Under the pieces are notes generated by a model that did no database searches, was not told where the DNA came from, and saw only the letters and a list, made by a program, of their open reading frames with translations. A DNA stretch of 64,000 nucleotides from Collinsella sp. Lineage in GTDB: Bacteria; Actinomycetota; Coriobacteriia; Coriobacteriales; Coriobacteriaceae. Both the position numbers and the translations under genes were made by a program. The stretch covers positions 3,846 to 67,845 of the forward strand of contig DBEWRE010000003.1 in the NCBI GenBank assembly GCA_048207125.1. Direction: 5' to 3'. This document shows, in pieces, positions 23,085-32,739 of the stretch (the stretch's first letter is position 1; every line of letters begins with the position of its first letter).

Positions 23085-23556
23085 CGCTCGCAGCGTCCTC
23101 GTTCTCGCCGGGCAGCGGCACCTCCGTCATAAGGTCCCCCATCATTTTGAGCAGATCGCTTAGGCCGTCGAGCTGGTCGGGCGTGAGCCGCTCGCGAAGA
23201 CGGCCCATGACGGTGCGCATGTAATCGCTGCTGATGTTGTAATAGTCCAGGTATTTCTGGGTGGGCATAAGGTGGTACTCGCGGCCGTCCTCCTCGGACT
23301 GGACCTTCTCCACATACCCCTTGCGAACCAGGCTCGCGATCTTATACGCCGCGTTGGACGAGGAGACGCGCATGAAATCGGCGAACTCCTTCACCGTGGG
23401 CGATCCCAAAGCATAGATCGCCTCCATGGCGAAGGCCTCCACGGTGGTAAGGCTCGCCTCGCGGTTTTGGAACCGAGCGAACGTTTCTTGGTAGAAATGC
23501 AGCTTGAACTTTGAGTACACCACGGCGAACCGCTTCTCCAACTCGTTTTCTGCCAT
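23077..23556 (-). CDS. MarR family transcriptional regulator at the 3' end of the fab operon (FabT-like by position)
   Basis: Winged-helix MarR pattern: TVKEFADFMRVSSSNAAYKIASLVRKGYVEKVQSEEDGREYHL. The ATG at 23556 gives 159 aa; the track's TTG at 23619 would add 21 aa. The FabT-like role is inferred from position only. Confidence 0.8.
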   Translation of the reverse strand: MAENELEKRFAVVYSKFKLHFYQETFARFQNREASLTTVEAFAMEAIYALGSPTVKEFADFMRVSSSNAAYKIASLVRKGYVEKVQSEEDGREYHLMPTQKYLDYYNISSDYMRTVMGRLRERLTPDQLDGLSDLLKMMGDLMTEVPLPGENEDAASDE

Positions 23557-23621
23557 GATGCGCAACCTCGTTTCAGCCCCAGCAATTCCTATCGCTTGCA
23601 AGGTTTCCGCAGACACCAACG

Positions 23622-24062
23622 CTACTCCGGCACGGGGCCAAGCGCCAGCGACAGCTCAACGGTGGCGGCCACCTCATCGCCTACGCGGGCGATGCCCTCC
23701 ACAAAAGCGAAGTCGCCGCGCACGCGCGTGATGCGGCTCTCGAGCGAGAGCACGTCCCCGGGCGTGACCTGGCGACGGAAGCGTGCTTTGTTCACCGAGC
23801 CCAGAAAACCAATGCGGCCGCTGTTTTGTGGAAGCGAAAGCATCGCCACGGCAGCGACCTGTGCAAGCGCCTCAATTATAAGCACGCCCGGCATAACGTG
23901 GTACTGCGGAAAGTGCCCCATAAACGCGGGGTCGGACACGCTGACGCACTTGATGCCGCGCGCCCACTCGCCTGGCTCTCCGTCCACGATGCGGTCGACC
24001 ATGGCAAGCGGAAACCGATGCGGCAAAACGCTGGCGATCTGGTTGGAGTCGAGTCTGAGCAT
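23622..24062 (-). CDS. fabZ: 3-hydroxyacyl-ACP dehydratase FabZ
   Basis: Hot-dog fold signature LPHRFPLAMVDRI...FMGHFPQYHVMPGVLIIEALAQ. The ATG at 24062 lies one nt after the fabF stop. The longer track ORF (to 24110) overlaps fabF. Confidence 0.9.
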   Translation of the reverse strand: MLRLDSNQIASVLPHRFPLAMVDRIVDGEPGEWARGIKCVSVSDPAFMGHFPQYHVMPGVLIIEALAQVAAVAMLSLPQNSGRIGFLGSVNKARFRRQVTPGDVLSLESRITRVRGDFAFVEGIARVGDEVAATVELSLALGPVPE

Positions 24063-24063
24063 C

Positions 24064-25302
24064 TTAGCCCTCCCATTTCTTAAACAGCAGGCAGGCGTTG
24101 TGACCGCCAAAGCCCAGCGAGTTGGACAACGCGTAGCGAACGTTCAAGCGGCGTGCACCCTCCGTCACGTAATCAAGGTCGCAGGCAGGATCGGCCTCGC
24201 GGTAGTTGATGGTGGGCGGCACCACGCCGTCGCGCAGTACCTGGACGCACAGCACGGCCTCCACCGCGCCGGCAGCTCCCAGCAAGTGCCCGGTCATGGA
24301 TTTGGTGGAACTCACGGCGACCTCATAGGCATGCGGGCCAAAGACCGTCTTGATGGCGGCGGTCTCGCAGCTATCGTTGAGCGAGGTAGAGGTGCCGTGC
24401 GCGTTGATGTAGTCAACTTGGTCGGGAGCCACGCCGGCATCGTCCAGCGCCTGGGCCATAGCGCGTGCACCGCCCTCACCCTGCGGTGCGGGTGAGGTGA
24501 TGTGGTGGGCGTCACAGGTCACGCCGTAGCCCGCAACCTCCGCGATAATCTTGGCGCCGCGTGCCAGGGCGTGGTCCAGCTCTTCTAGCACCAGCATGCC
24601 GGCGCCCTCGCCCATAACAAATCCGCTGCGACGGGCGTCAAAGGGGATGGACGCGCAGGAGGGGTCATCGCCCACGTACAGGGCGCGCATGGTGGTGAAT
24701 CCCCCCACGCTCAAAGGTGTGATCGCGGCCTCCGTGCCGCCGGCAAGCATAACCTCCGCGTAGCCGTCGCGAATGTGGCGAAATGCATCGCCCACCGCAT
24801 TGGAACCACCCGCGCACGCCGCTACAGGACAGGTGCACATGCCCTGCAGGCCAAAGGCGATGGCGATGTTGCCGGCCGCCATGTTGGAGATGCCCATGGG
24901 AATGTAGAAGGGCGAGCAGCGGTCAAAGCCGCGGGCCAGGCAGCGGGTCTGCTGGTTCTCGGTCTCTTCCACGCCGCCGATACCGCTGGATACAGAGACG
25001 CCGGCGCGCGTGCGGTCCATAGCGTCCAGATCAAGGCCGGACGCCTCCACGGCCTCGCGTGCGGCGGCCAGGGCCAGCTGCGTAAAGCGGGCTAGGTGCT
25101 TGGACTCCTGCGCGCCCAAAGCGTCCGCTGCGCTCCAGTTTTTAACCTCGGCCGCCAGGCGTACCTTCTGCGCGCTGGCGTCGTAGCGGGTGATGGGGGC
25201 GATACCGCACACACCCTGGCAGGCGGCCTCCCACGTGTCCTGCGCGGTGTTGCCCAGGGGCGTGATAGCGCCCATGCCGGTGATAACTACCCTGCGTTTC
25301 AT
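24064..25302 (-). CDS. fabF: 3-oxoacyl-ACP synthase II FabF
   Basis: 412 aa from MKRRVVITGMGAITPLGN (ATG 25302, GAAGGGA SD). Motifs: active-site ACAGG region, HGTSTSLND and GFGGHNA. The 552-aa track ORF is an upstream read-through artefact across fabG. Confidence 0.9.
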   Translation of the reverse strand: MKRRVVITGMGAITPLGNTAQDTWEAACQGVCGIAPITRYDASAQKVRLAAEVKNWSAADALGAQESKHLARFTQLALAAAREAVEASGLDLDAMDRTRAGVSVSSGIGGVEETENQQTRCLARGFDRCSPFYIPMGISNMAAGNIAIAFGLQGMCTCPVAACAGGSNAVGDAFRHIRDGYAEVMLAGGTEAAITPLSVGGFTTMRALYVGDDPSCASIPFDARRSGFVMGEGAGMLVLEELDHALARGAKIIAEVAGYGVTCDAHHITSPAPQGEGGARAMAQALDDAGVAPDQVDYINAHGTSTSLNDSCETAAIKTVFGPHAYEVAVSSTKSMTGHLLGAAGAVEAVLCVQVLRDGVVPPTINYREADPACDLDYVTEGARRLNVRYALSNSLGFGGHNACLLFKKWEG

Positions 25303-25337
25303 GGTTGTTCCCTTCTTGCCTACTGCGCCTGCTGCGC

Positions 25338-26096
25338 CTACATCGCCATGCCGCCGTCGACGCACAGCACCTGGCCGGTGATGTACGCCGCGTCGTCGGA
25401 CGCCAAGAAGGCCACGGCACGCGCCACGTCCTGCGGCGAGCCCGCGCAGCCCGCCGGAATGCCCGAGCACATGAAGTCCCTTGCCGCCGGCGGCATGGCC
25501 GCGGTCATATCCGTCTCGATAAAGCCCGGCGCCACGGCGTTGACCGTGATGCCGCGCGACGCCACCTCGCGCGCCAGCGACTTGGTCATGCCGATAAGAC
25601 CCGCCTTGCTGGCCGCGTAGTTCACCTGGCCGGCGTTGCCGCGCAGGGCCACCACGCTGCTCAGGTTGATGATGCGGCCCCAGCGAGCGCGCATCATGGG
25701 ACGAAGAACCTCCCGCGCGCACAAAAACGCGCCCGTCAAGTTGGTCGCCAGCACCTGCTCAAACTCGTCCGCACCCATACGAGCCGCCAACTTGTCGCGG
25801 GTGATGCCGGCGTTGTTCACCAGCACGTCCACCCCGCCAAACGCCTCGCGGGCGGCGTCTACCAGCTGTTTTGCCGCCTGGGCGCTCGCCGCGTCAGCCT
25901 GCACGGCCACAGCGCGGCCGCCCGCGGCCTGGACCATCTCCACGGTTTGCTGCGCCGCCTGCGCGTTGCCGGCATAGGAGAACACCACGTTCATGCCGCG
26001 CGCCGCCAGCTCCACGCAGATCGCTCGTCCAATGCCGCGGCTGCCGCCGGTTACCACAGCGGTCTTGGCGCCGGTCGCCTTCATCTCATCAGCCAT
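25338..26096 (-). CDS. fabG: 3-oxoacyl-ACP reductase FabG
   Basis: 252 aa SDR with TGGSRGIGRAI (TGxxxGIG), NNAG and YAASKAG (YxxxK). It overlaps the fabD stop by 8 nt. Confidence 0.9.
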   Translation of the reverse strand: MADEMKATGAKTAVVTGGSRGIGRAICVELAARGMNVVFSYAGNAQAAQQTVEMVQAAGGRAVAVQADAASAQAAKQLVDAAREAFGGVDVLVNNAGITRDKLAARMGADEFEQVLATNLTGAFLCAREVLRPMMRARWGRIINLSSVVALRGNAGQVNYAASKAGLIGMTKSLAREVASRGITVNAVAPGFIETDMTAAMPPAARDFMCSGIPAGCAGSPQDVARAVAFLASDDAAYITGQVLCVDGGMAM

Positions 26097-27036
26097 TGTT
26101 GGTTCCCTTCATGTGGACGAGGAACTGCTCCACGTCTTCGCACGTCTCGACCGCGATCGCGCGCATCCGCGGCGCAACCCGGCGCACCAAGCCGCTGAGC
26201 ACGCGGCCGGGGCCAATCTCCACCACCGTGTCCACGCCCAGCTGCACCAGGCGCTCGATGGTTTCTTGCATGCGCACCGCCGTCTGCACCTGGCGCTCGA
26301 GCAGCGCGGGCACCGTGTCTTCTGGGCCCATCTCGCGGCCCAAGCAGTTGAACAGCACGGGGATGCGCATGGGGCCAAGCTGCGTGTTCGCCAGGCGTTC
26401 GCGCAGCTCATCGCCGGCGGGCGCCAACAGCGAGGTGTGAAAGGGGCCGCTCACCTTAAGCGGGATGCACCGGCGCGCGCCGGCCTGACGCAGCAGGTCG
26501 ACCGCGCAGGCAACCGCCTCGGCGTCGCCCGCAATCACCGTTTGGCCGGGGCAGTTGTAGTTGGAAACCTCAACCACCGCCGGCGCGGACCGCTCTTGAG
26601 CCGCGGCCACGCAGCGCTCCGCCTCCGTACGGTCCGGACCCAAAACGGAGACCATGGCCGTATCCCGCCCGGCTGCGGCGCGCTCCATAGCAGCTCCGCG
26701 AAACGCCGCGAGCTCCACCGCCTGCGCCCCGTCGAACACACCGGCGCACGCCAGGGCGGAATACTCGCCCAAGCTAAGCCCCGCCGCATAATCCGGGCGC
26801 ACGCCCAAGGTATCCAGCACGCGCGTAAGCCCCACGGCAAACGCCACCATACAGGGCTGGGTGAACTCGGTTTGGGCGAGCGTGGCCTCATCCCCCTCGA
26901 ACATGAGCGCCTTCAGGTCAAAGGGCAGCCGCGGCTCATCCAGCGCAGCGCGAAACTCCGGATACGCCCGGTACAGGTCGCGGCCCATGCCCACGTGCTG
27001 CGAGCCCTGCCCGGCATAGAGAAATGCGAGGCTCAT
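26089..27036 (-). CDS. fabD: malonyl-CoA:ACP transacylase FabD
   Basis: 315 aa. Motifs: N-terminal FLYAGQGSQHVGMG, active-site GLSLGEYSAL (GxSxG), and KVSGPFHTSLL. Confidence 0.9.
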   Translation of the reverse strand: MSLAFLYAGQGSQHVGMGRDLYRAYPEFRAALDEPRLPFDLKALMFEGDEATLAQTEFTQPCMVAFAVGLTRVLDTLGVRPDYAAGLSLGEYSALACAGVFDGAQAVELAAFRGAAMERAAAGRDTAMVSVLGPDRTEAERCVAAAQERSAPAVVEVSNYNCPGQTVIAGDAEAVACAVDLLRQAGARRCIPLKVSGPFHTSLLAPAGDELRERLANTQLGPMRIPVLFNCLGREMGPEDTVPALLERQVQTAVRMQETIERLVQLGVDTVVEIGPGRVLSGLVRRVAPRMRAIAVETCEDVEQFLVHMKGTNNG

Positions 27037-28011
27037 CTACTCCCCCTTCTCGTCCATGGATCGCGAAGCGACCGGGGTCCCAGCGAGCTTGCCAAGCGAC
27101 GCGCACACGCAGCCGCACTCGTCCACCATCTGCTGAAATATCTCGCGGGCGGGACGCACGCCGTGCACCATGGCCGCCACCTGGCCCGCCATGAAGCTGC
27201 CGGTGTCCAAGTCGCCATCCACCACCGCGCGGCGCAGCGACCCCAGGGTCATGGCCTCGAGCTCGTCGCGCGAGGGGTTGGTCCGCTCAAGCGCCAGGTA
27301 CTCGCGGGCCATCTTGTTCTTGAGCACGCGCACCGGCGCGCCGGACGAGCGGCCCGTTACCACGGTGTCGTTTGAACCCGCCTTGACGACCAGCTGCTTG
27401 TAGTTGTCGTGCACGGGGCACTCCTCGCTCGCCAGCAGGCAGGTCCCTACCTGCACGCCGCAGGCGCCCAGGGCCAGGGCCGCCGCCATCTGGCGCCCGC
27501 CCGCGATGCCGCCCGCCGCGACCACGGGAACATCCACCGCATCGACCACCTGCGGCACCAGCGCCATGGTGGTGGTCTCGCCCACGTGGCCGCCGCTCTC
27601 CGTGCCCTCCGCGATCACGCCGTCGATGTCGTAGCGCGCCAGGCGACGGGCCAGAACCGGCGCCGCCACCACGGGAAACACCTTGATGCCCGCCTCCTTC
27701 CAAGCGTCCATGTACTTTCCAGGGTTGCCGGCGCCCGTGGTCACCACGCTCACGCCCTCCTCCACCACCACGCGGGCGAGCTCGTCGACATGCGGGTTCA
27801 TGAGCATGAGGTTCACGCCAAAGGGCCGCGTCGTCAGCTCTCGGGCGCGGCGAATATGCCGGCGCAGCGCCGGCGCGTCCATGCCGCCGGCAGCCACCAG
27901 GCCCAGCGCGCCCGCGTTGGACATGGCCGCGGCAAACGCCCCGGTGGCGACGTTTGCCATGCCGCCTTGGATGATGGGGAACTGCGTTCCCAGCAACTGG
28001 TTGAGCTTCAT
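27037..28011 (-). CDS. fabK: enoyl-ACP reductase II FabK (FMN, nitronate monooxygenase fold)
   Basis: Starts MKLNQLLGTQFPIIQGGMANV (ATG 28011, GGAG 7 nt upstream). Also contains AGGIAGGRQMAAALALGACGVQVGT. The gene sits between fabH and fabD, as in fabK-type clusters. Confidence 0.85.
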   Translation of the reverse strand: MKLNQLLGTQFPIIQGGMANVATGAFAAAMSNAGALGLVAAGGMDAPALRRHIRRARELTTRPFGVNLMLMNPHVDELARVVVEEGVSVVTTGAGNPGKYMDAWKEAGIKVFPVVAAPVLARRLARYDIDGVIAEGTESGGHVGETTTMALVPQVVDAVDVPVVAAGGIAGGRQMAAALALGACGVQVGTCLLASEECPVHDNYKQLVVKAGSNDTVVTGRSSGAPVRVLKNKMAREYLALERTNPSRDELEAMTLGSLRRAVVDGDLDTGSFMAGQVAAMVHGVRPAREIFQQMVDECGCVCASLGKLAGTPVASRSMDEKGE

Positions 28012-28045
28012 TGCTGTCTCCAATCGTTTAAGCACGTTACGTACG

Positions 28046-29002
28046 TTAAGCAAGCTCTATAAGGGCGCCCGCCCACGTAAGGCCCGCGCCAAACCCCAGG
28101 CACAGCGCGCACTGGCCACCTGTCAGCTGCCCTGAGCGCACCAGCTGGTCAAGCAGCAGCGGTACGCTGGCGGCAGACGTGTTGCCCACGTCCGCGATGT
28201 TGCCCCGGCACCTATCGGGGTCCGCGCCCAGCTTTTTGACGACCACGTCGATGATGCGCTGGTTCGCCTGGTGAAACACGTAGCGGTCCACCTGGTCCGG
28301 CTCAAGCCCTGCACGGTCAAGCACCTGCTGCGCGCATGCGGGCAGGACGCTGGTGGCAAAGCGAAAGACCGCTCGTCCATCCATATGCAGAAAAGAGGGA
28401 GCGGACGATGAGACGCCCGGCACCCACAGCGACTCGGCGTCGCCGCGCGAACCCCACACGCAGTGCAGCGGGCGCGCGTCCGCCTCATAGCGCAGCACCG
28501 CCGCGCCGGCGCCGTCGCCAAAGAGCACGCAGGTGGTTCGATCGGAAAAATCCAGCACGCGGCTCAGCGCCTCTGCCCCCACTACCAGCGCATAGGGCGA
28601 GGCCGCACCGGGTAGCAGGCACTGGGCAACGTGCATGCCGTAGACAAAGCCCGCGCACGCCGCGTTGATATCCAGGCAAAACGCGTCGCGCGGCAAGCCA
28701 AGCTCCGCCTGCAGGCGGCACGCCATAGAGGGCGTGGCCATCTGCGCGGTAAACGTCGCCACCAGGCATGCGCCCACCTGCCGCGGGTCGATCCCCGCAG
28801 CATCCAGCGCGCGGCGGGCCGCGGTCGCCGCCAGGTCAAAATGGCCGTCGAGGGAATCGTCGTCCAAAAACCGGCGCTCGCGAATGCCCGTGCGCTCAGA
28901 GATCCATGCGTCCGAGGTGTCGACTACGCGTGCCATGTCATCATTGGTGACCCTGCGCGCGGGCAGGGCAGACCCCGTGCCCACCAGCTTGACGCCACTC
29001 AT
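28046..29002 (-). CDS. fabH: 3-oxoacyl-ACP synthase III FabH
   Basis: 318 aa. Motifs: VTNDDMARVVDTSDAWISERTGIRERR, active-site Cys region INAACAGF, FHQANQRI, and GNTSAASVPL. Its ATG overlaps the accA stop (ATGA). Confidence 0.9.
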   Translation of the reverse strand: MSGVKLVGTGSALPARRVTNDDMARVVDTSDAWISERTGIRERRFLDDDSLDGHFDLAATAARRALDAAGIDPRQVGACLVATFTAQMATPSMACRLQAELGLPRDAFCLDINAACAGFVYGMHVAQCLLPGAASPYALVVGAEALSRVLDFSDRTTCVLFGDGAGAAVLRYEADARPLHCVWGSRGDAESLWVPGVSSSAPSFLHMDGRAVFRFATSVLPACAQQVLDRAGLEPDQVDRYVFHQANQRIIDVVVKKLGADPDRCRGNIADVGNTSAASVPLLLDQLVRSGQLTGGQCALCLGFGAGLTWAGALIELA

Positions 29003-29898
29003 ATGCGCCCCCTTCTTACCGCGGACGAGCCCATGGCGCGGAACCGCTCCGCGCGCTCGCGAGCCACCGCCGCGGGACCCTTCTTCTCAAACGCCGCCAG
29101 CTCGCGCACCAGCACCGCGTCCAGCGTCTGCATAAGCGCCTGGGGATTTAGGTGCGCACCGCCCGCGGGCTCCGGTATCACGCCGTCGATTACGCGCAAG
29201 TCAAGCAGGTCGGCCGCGGTGAGCTTCATGACCTCGCAGGCCTCATCCGCACGGGCGGCGTCCTTCCACAAAATGCTGGCGAACCCCTCTGGCGACAGCA
29301 CGGAGTACACCGCGTTCTCTAGCATGAGCACGCGATTGCCCACCGCCAGCGCCAGCGCGCCGCCGCTGCCACCCTCGCCCATGATCACGCTGATCACGGG
29401 CACTCGCAGGCCGCTCATCACGCTGATGGTGCGGGCGATGGCCTCGCCCTGGCCGTGCGCCTCTGCCTCAAGCCCGGGGTAGGCGCCCGGCGTGTCCACA
29501 AACGTGAGCACCGGGCGGCCGAACTTCTCCGCATCGAGCATGATGCGCTGCGCCTTGCGGTAGCCCTCTGGCGTGGCCATGCCAAAGTTGAAGCGCACGC
29601 GGTCCTCTACCGTGGAGCCCTTGCGGTTGCCCAGCACGGTGACGGGCCGGCCGTGGAACAGGGCGATGCCGCCCATAATGCTGGGGTCGTCCGCGCACAG
29701 GCGGTCGCCGCGCTGCTCGAAAAAGTCCTCGAACAGGGCGGCTACCACTTCTGCCACGCCGGGGCGCTGCGGTTCGCGAGCCAACGCCACGCGCTGCGCC
29801 GCCGTTAGAGCCGCGTCCGCCCAGCTCTGGGGCGTAGCCGCCTCCAACTCGTCCGCGGTGCGTGCGGCGGCCCCGCGTTCAACGCGCTCGCTATCCAA
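28999..29898 (-). CDS. accA: acetyl-CoA carboxylase carboxyltransferase alpha subunit AccA
   Basis: 299 aa. TTG start preceded by GGGAGG at 9 nt, overlapping the accD stop by 8 nt. Motifs: FVDTPGAYPG and GEGGSGGALA. Confidence 0.85.
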   Translation of the reverse strand: MDSERVERGAAARTADELEAATPQSWADAALTAAQRVALAREPQRPGVAEVVAALFEDFFEQRGDRLCADDPSIMGGIALFHGRPVTVLGNRKGSTVEDRVRFNFGMATPEGYRKAQRIMLDAEKFGRPVLTFVDTPGAYPGLEAEAHGQGEAIARTISVMSGLRVPVISVIMGEGGSGGALALAVGNRVLMLENAVYSVLSPEGFASILWKDAARADEACEVMKLTAADLLDLRVIDGVIPEPAGGAHLNPQALMQTLDAVLVRELAAFEKKGPAAVARERAERFRAMGSSAVRRGRI

Positions 29899-30841
29899 CG
29901 CGCTCGACCTCCCTTCCGTACAGGGCCAGCAGGCGCGCCAACGTCGCCCTCATGCGGGCGCGCGGCACCACCTGGTCGATAAAACCGTGCTCTAGCAGGT
30001 ACTCTGCCGTTTGAAAACCATCGGGCAGCTTCTCGCCAATGGTCTGCTCTATCACGCGCGGGCCGGCAAAACCAATAAGCGCGCCGGGCTCTGCCAGCGT
30101 CACATCACCCAAACTTGCAAAACTCGCCGTGACACCGCCCGTAGTGGGATTGGTCAAAACAGAGATAGACAGCCCGCCACGCTGGGAAAACTCTCGCAGC
30201 GCCACCGCGGTCTTGGCCATCTGCATCAGCGAGATGGCCCCCTCTTGCATGCGCGCGCCGCCGCTTGCGCAAAACACCACCAGCGGCAGCTTGCCCTTGG
30301 CCGCGCGCTCCACCAGGCGAACGAACTTCTCGCCCACCGCCGCGCCCATGCTGCCCATCAAAAAGCGCGTGTCCATCGCCGCGATGGCAACCTTGCAGCC
30401 GCCAATGCGCGCCGTGCCCGCTACCAGCGCATCTGCCAGGTGCGTCTTGCGCGACAGGCCGCGGACCTTTTCCACGTACCCGGGAAACTCCAGCGGGTCC
30501 GCAGTCACCAGCGCGCGGTCCGTCTCTTTAAACGAGCCCGCATCCACCACCAGCGCAATGCGCTCGCGCGCGGCCAGGGCAAAGTGGTGACCGCAATACG
30601 GGCACACCAACCGGTTCTGCGCAAGGTCTGCCGCAGCGATGTCGCGCGAACACGCAGGGCAGGTGGTGGACGATGACGGGAATGGCGATCCGTCCGCAGC
30701 GGCACCCGTCGATCCCGCGGTGCCGCCCACAGCGCTGCCGCCTGCAACGCCGGCGCCCGCAGCGCCGCGCGCCGGGATGCCAAGGCGCAGCCCCTTTAAG
30801 GCCACCATCCTGCGACGGCGTTCCTCCAAAAAGCCAGCCAT
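29891..30841 (-). CDS. accD: acetyl-CoA carboxylase carboxyltransferase beta subunit AccD
   Basis: 316 aa. Zn-ribbon CPACSRDI...CPYCGHH and MGSMGAAVGEKF. A ~50-aa Gly/Ala-rich insertion precedes the zinc ribbon. Confidence 0.85.
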   Translation of the reverse strand: MAGFLEERRRRMVALKGLRLGIPARGAAGAGVAGGSAVGGTAGSTGAAADGSPFPSSSTTCPACSRDIAAADLAQNRLVCPYCGHHFALAARERIALVVDAGSFKETDRALVTADPLEFPGYVEKVRGLSRKTHLADALVAGTARIGGCKVAIAAMDTRFLMGSMGAAVGEKFVRLVERAAKGKLPLVVFCASGGARMQEGAISLMQMAKTAVALREFSQRGGLSISVLTNPTTGGVTASFASLGDVTLAEPGALIGFAGPRVIEQTIGEKLPDGFQTAEYLLEHGFIDQVVPRARMRATLARLLALYGREVERVG

Positions 30842-30847
30842 GCGCTG

Positions 30848-32224
30848 TTACTCCTCCTTGCCGTACGAGCTCCACGCAAGCAACTCGTCCAAGTTCTGGT
30901 CCAAAAACGACGTGTTGTAGTTGCCGCGCACAAACTGGGGGTGGTACATGATCTGGTGCAGCACGTCCACCGTTGTGGCGGGGCCCTGGACCGTAAACTC
31001 CTCGAGCGCACGGCGCATGCGGCGGATGGCCTGCAGGCGCGTTGGCGCGTGGACGATAACCTTCGCCGCCAGCGAATCGTAGTAGGGCGATAGCTCGCAA
31101 CCGCTGTACAGCAGCGAGTCCGTGCGCACCCCGCAGCCCGACGGCATGTGCACCAGGCCCACGTGCCCCGGACTGGGTGCGAACCCGCGTGCCGGATCCT
31201 CCGCGTTGATGCGGCATTCGATAGCGTGTCCGCGCAGCTCAACCTGCTCCTGCGCCACGCTCAACGGCAAGCCCTGGGCGATGCGGATCTGCTCGCGCAC
31301 CAAATCGACGCCGCTCACCATCTCGGTCACGGGATGCTCCACCTGGATGCGCGTGTTCATCTCGATGAAGTAGTACTCGCCGGTGGGCGCCAGAACAAAC
31401 TCGACGGTACCCGCGTTCACGTATCCCGCGGCGCGCGCCGCAGCCACCGCGGAGGCCGCCATGCGGCGACGAAGCTCCTGGTCCAGTGCGTGCGAAGGCG
31501 ACTCCTCCACCATCTTTTGACTCCTGCGCTGCACGCTGCAATCGCGCTCGCCCAGGTGGACGATGTTCCCCTGCGAGTCCGCTACGATCTGGAACTCGAT
31601 GTGACGCGGATTCAGCACCAGCTTCTCCAGGTACATCTCATCGTCCCCAAAGCACGCGCGGGCCTCCGCTTTGGCCTCTTCGAATAGCTGCTCCAGCTGG
31701 GCGGGGTCGAACACTCGTCGCATACCGCGCCCGCCTCCGCCCGCCGCCGCCTTGATCAGTACGGGATAGCCTATGGACTCCGCGATGCGAACGGCGTCCC
31801 GAGCGGTCTCTACAACGCCGTCGGAACCCGGCACCACGGGCACGCCCGCACGGCGCATGAGGTCGCGCGCCGCGGACTTGTTTCCCATAGCGCGCATCAC
31901 GTCGCCGGAGGGGCCGATGAAGGCCATGCCCTCGCGAACACAGGCATCGGCGAAATCCGGATTCTCCGACAAGAAGCCGTACCCGGGGTGAACCGCCTCG
32001 CAACCCGTCGCCTTGGCAACCGTAAGCAGCGCATCTTGGTTGAGATAGCTATCTTGGGCGCGCGCGGGTCCTATGCACCAGGAGTTTTCCGCAAGCTGCA
32101 CCGCCAGCGAATCCCCATCAGCCTGGGAGTACACCACCACCGGCTCTATATCGAGCTCCCGGCAGGCGCGAAGGATGCGCACGGCGATCTCTCCACGGTT
32201 GGCGATCAACATTCGTTTGAACAT
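30848..32224 (-). CDS. accC: biotin carboxylase AccC
   Basis: 458 aa. Starts MFKRMLIANRGEIAVRILRACRELDI. ATP-grasp motifs: GGGGRGMR and EMNTRIQVEHPVTE. Confidence 0.92.
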   Translation of the reverse strand: MFKRMLIANRGEIAVRILRACRELDIEPVVVYSQADGDSLAVQLAENSWCIGPARAQDSYLNQDALLTVAKATGCEAVHPGYGFLSENPDFADACVREGMAFIGPSGDVMRAMGNKSAARDLMRRAGVPVVPGSDGVVETARDAVRIAESIGYPVLIKAAAGGGGRGMRRVFDPAQLEQLFEEAKAEARACFGDDEMYLEKLVLNPRHIEFQIVADSQGNIVHLGERDCSVQRRSQKMVEESPSHALDQELRRRMAASAVAAARAAGYVNAGTVEFVLAPTGEYYFIEMNTRIQVEHPVTEMVSGVDLVREQIRIAQGLPLSVAQEQVELRGHAIECRINAEDPARGFAPSPGHVGLVHMPSGCGVRTDSLLYSGCELSPYYDSLAAKVIVHAPTRLQAIRRMRRALEEFTVQGPATTVDVLHQIMYHPQFVRGNYNTSFLDQNLDELLAWSSYGKEE

Positions 32225-32232
32225 GCACGCCC

Positions 32233-32697
32233 CTATGCCTCGCGGTAGCGGATGAGCGGCGCTTCAAAAGAGACCAGCTCGCCGTCTGCAACCAGAATCT
32301 CCTCGATGACGCAATCGCAAGGAGCGGTGACCTCGCTCATCATCTTCATGGCCTCTAGCAGGCAGACGGCCTGGCCCGCCTCCACGCGGTCGCCCACAGA
32401 AACGTACGGGGCCTTATCGGGAGCGGGGGCCGCGTAAAACGTGCCCACCAGCGGCGCCGAGATGCACGGCCCCTCACCGCATGCCCCCGCCTTGGACAGC
32501 GGGGCTGCACACGGGGCCTTTTCGGCGGGGTGGGCGGACTGAACCGCTTGGACGCCCTGCTCCGCCGGCACCGCCCCCGGAATCGACGCGGGATAGCGGT
32601 CCAACTCGACCGTAGAGCCACCCGCCTGGACCCTCATGCGCGCAAGACCGCTTGCGGCAAAGCGCTCGATCAACTCGATGACCTCTTTGTTGTTCAT
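32233..32697 (-). CDS. accB: biotin carboxyl carrier protein AccB
   Basis: Biotinylation motif LEAMKMMSEV. The likely start is the ATG at 32697 (MNNKEVIELIERF); the track ORF extends to 32730. Confidence 0.85.
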   Translation of the reverse strand: MNNKEVIELIERFAASGLARMRVQAGGSTVELDRYPASIPGAVPAEQGVQAVQSAHPAEKAPCAAPLSKAGACGEGPCISAPLVGTFYAAPAPDKAPYVSVGDRVEAGQAVCLLEAMKMMSEVTAPCDCVIEEILVADGELVSFEAPLIRYREA

Positions 32698-32739
32698 ACT
32701 TCTGCCCCCATATCGCGCCGTGGCGCCCAAGCGCCTGGC

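Noticed and set aside
21954-23132. 392-aa plus-strand ORF and the 445-bp apparently empty spacer 21889..22334
   Set aside because: The ORF overlaps the GNAT gene in antisense and is Arg/Pro/Ala-rich. In the spacer itself I found no SD-led ORF, tRNA-like fold or clean terminator, so nothing is reported there.
24064-25722. 552-aa version of fabF extending 140 codons upstream through fabG
   Set aside because: The extension is Arg/Gly-rich nonsense that overlaps the fabG coding sequence. The conserved KAS II N-terminus MKRRVVITGMG starts at the ATG at 25302 with its own SD.
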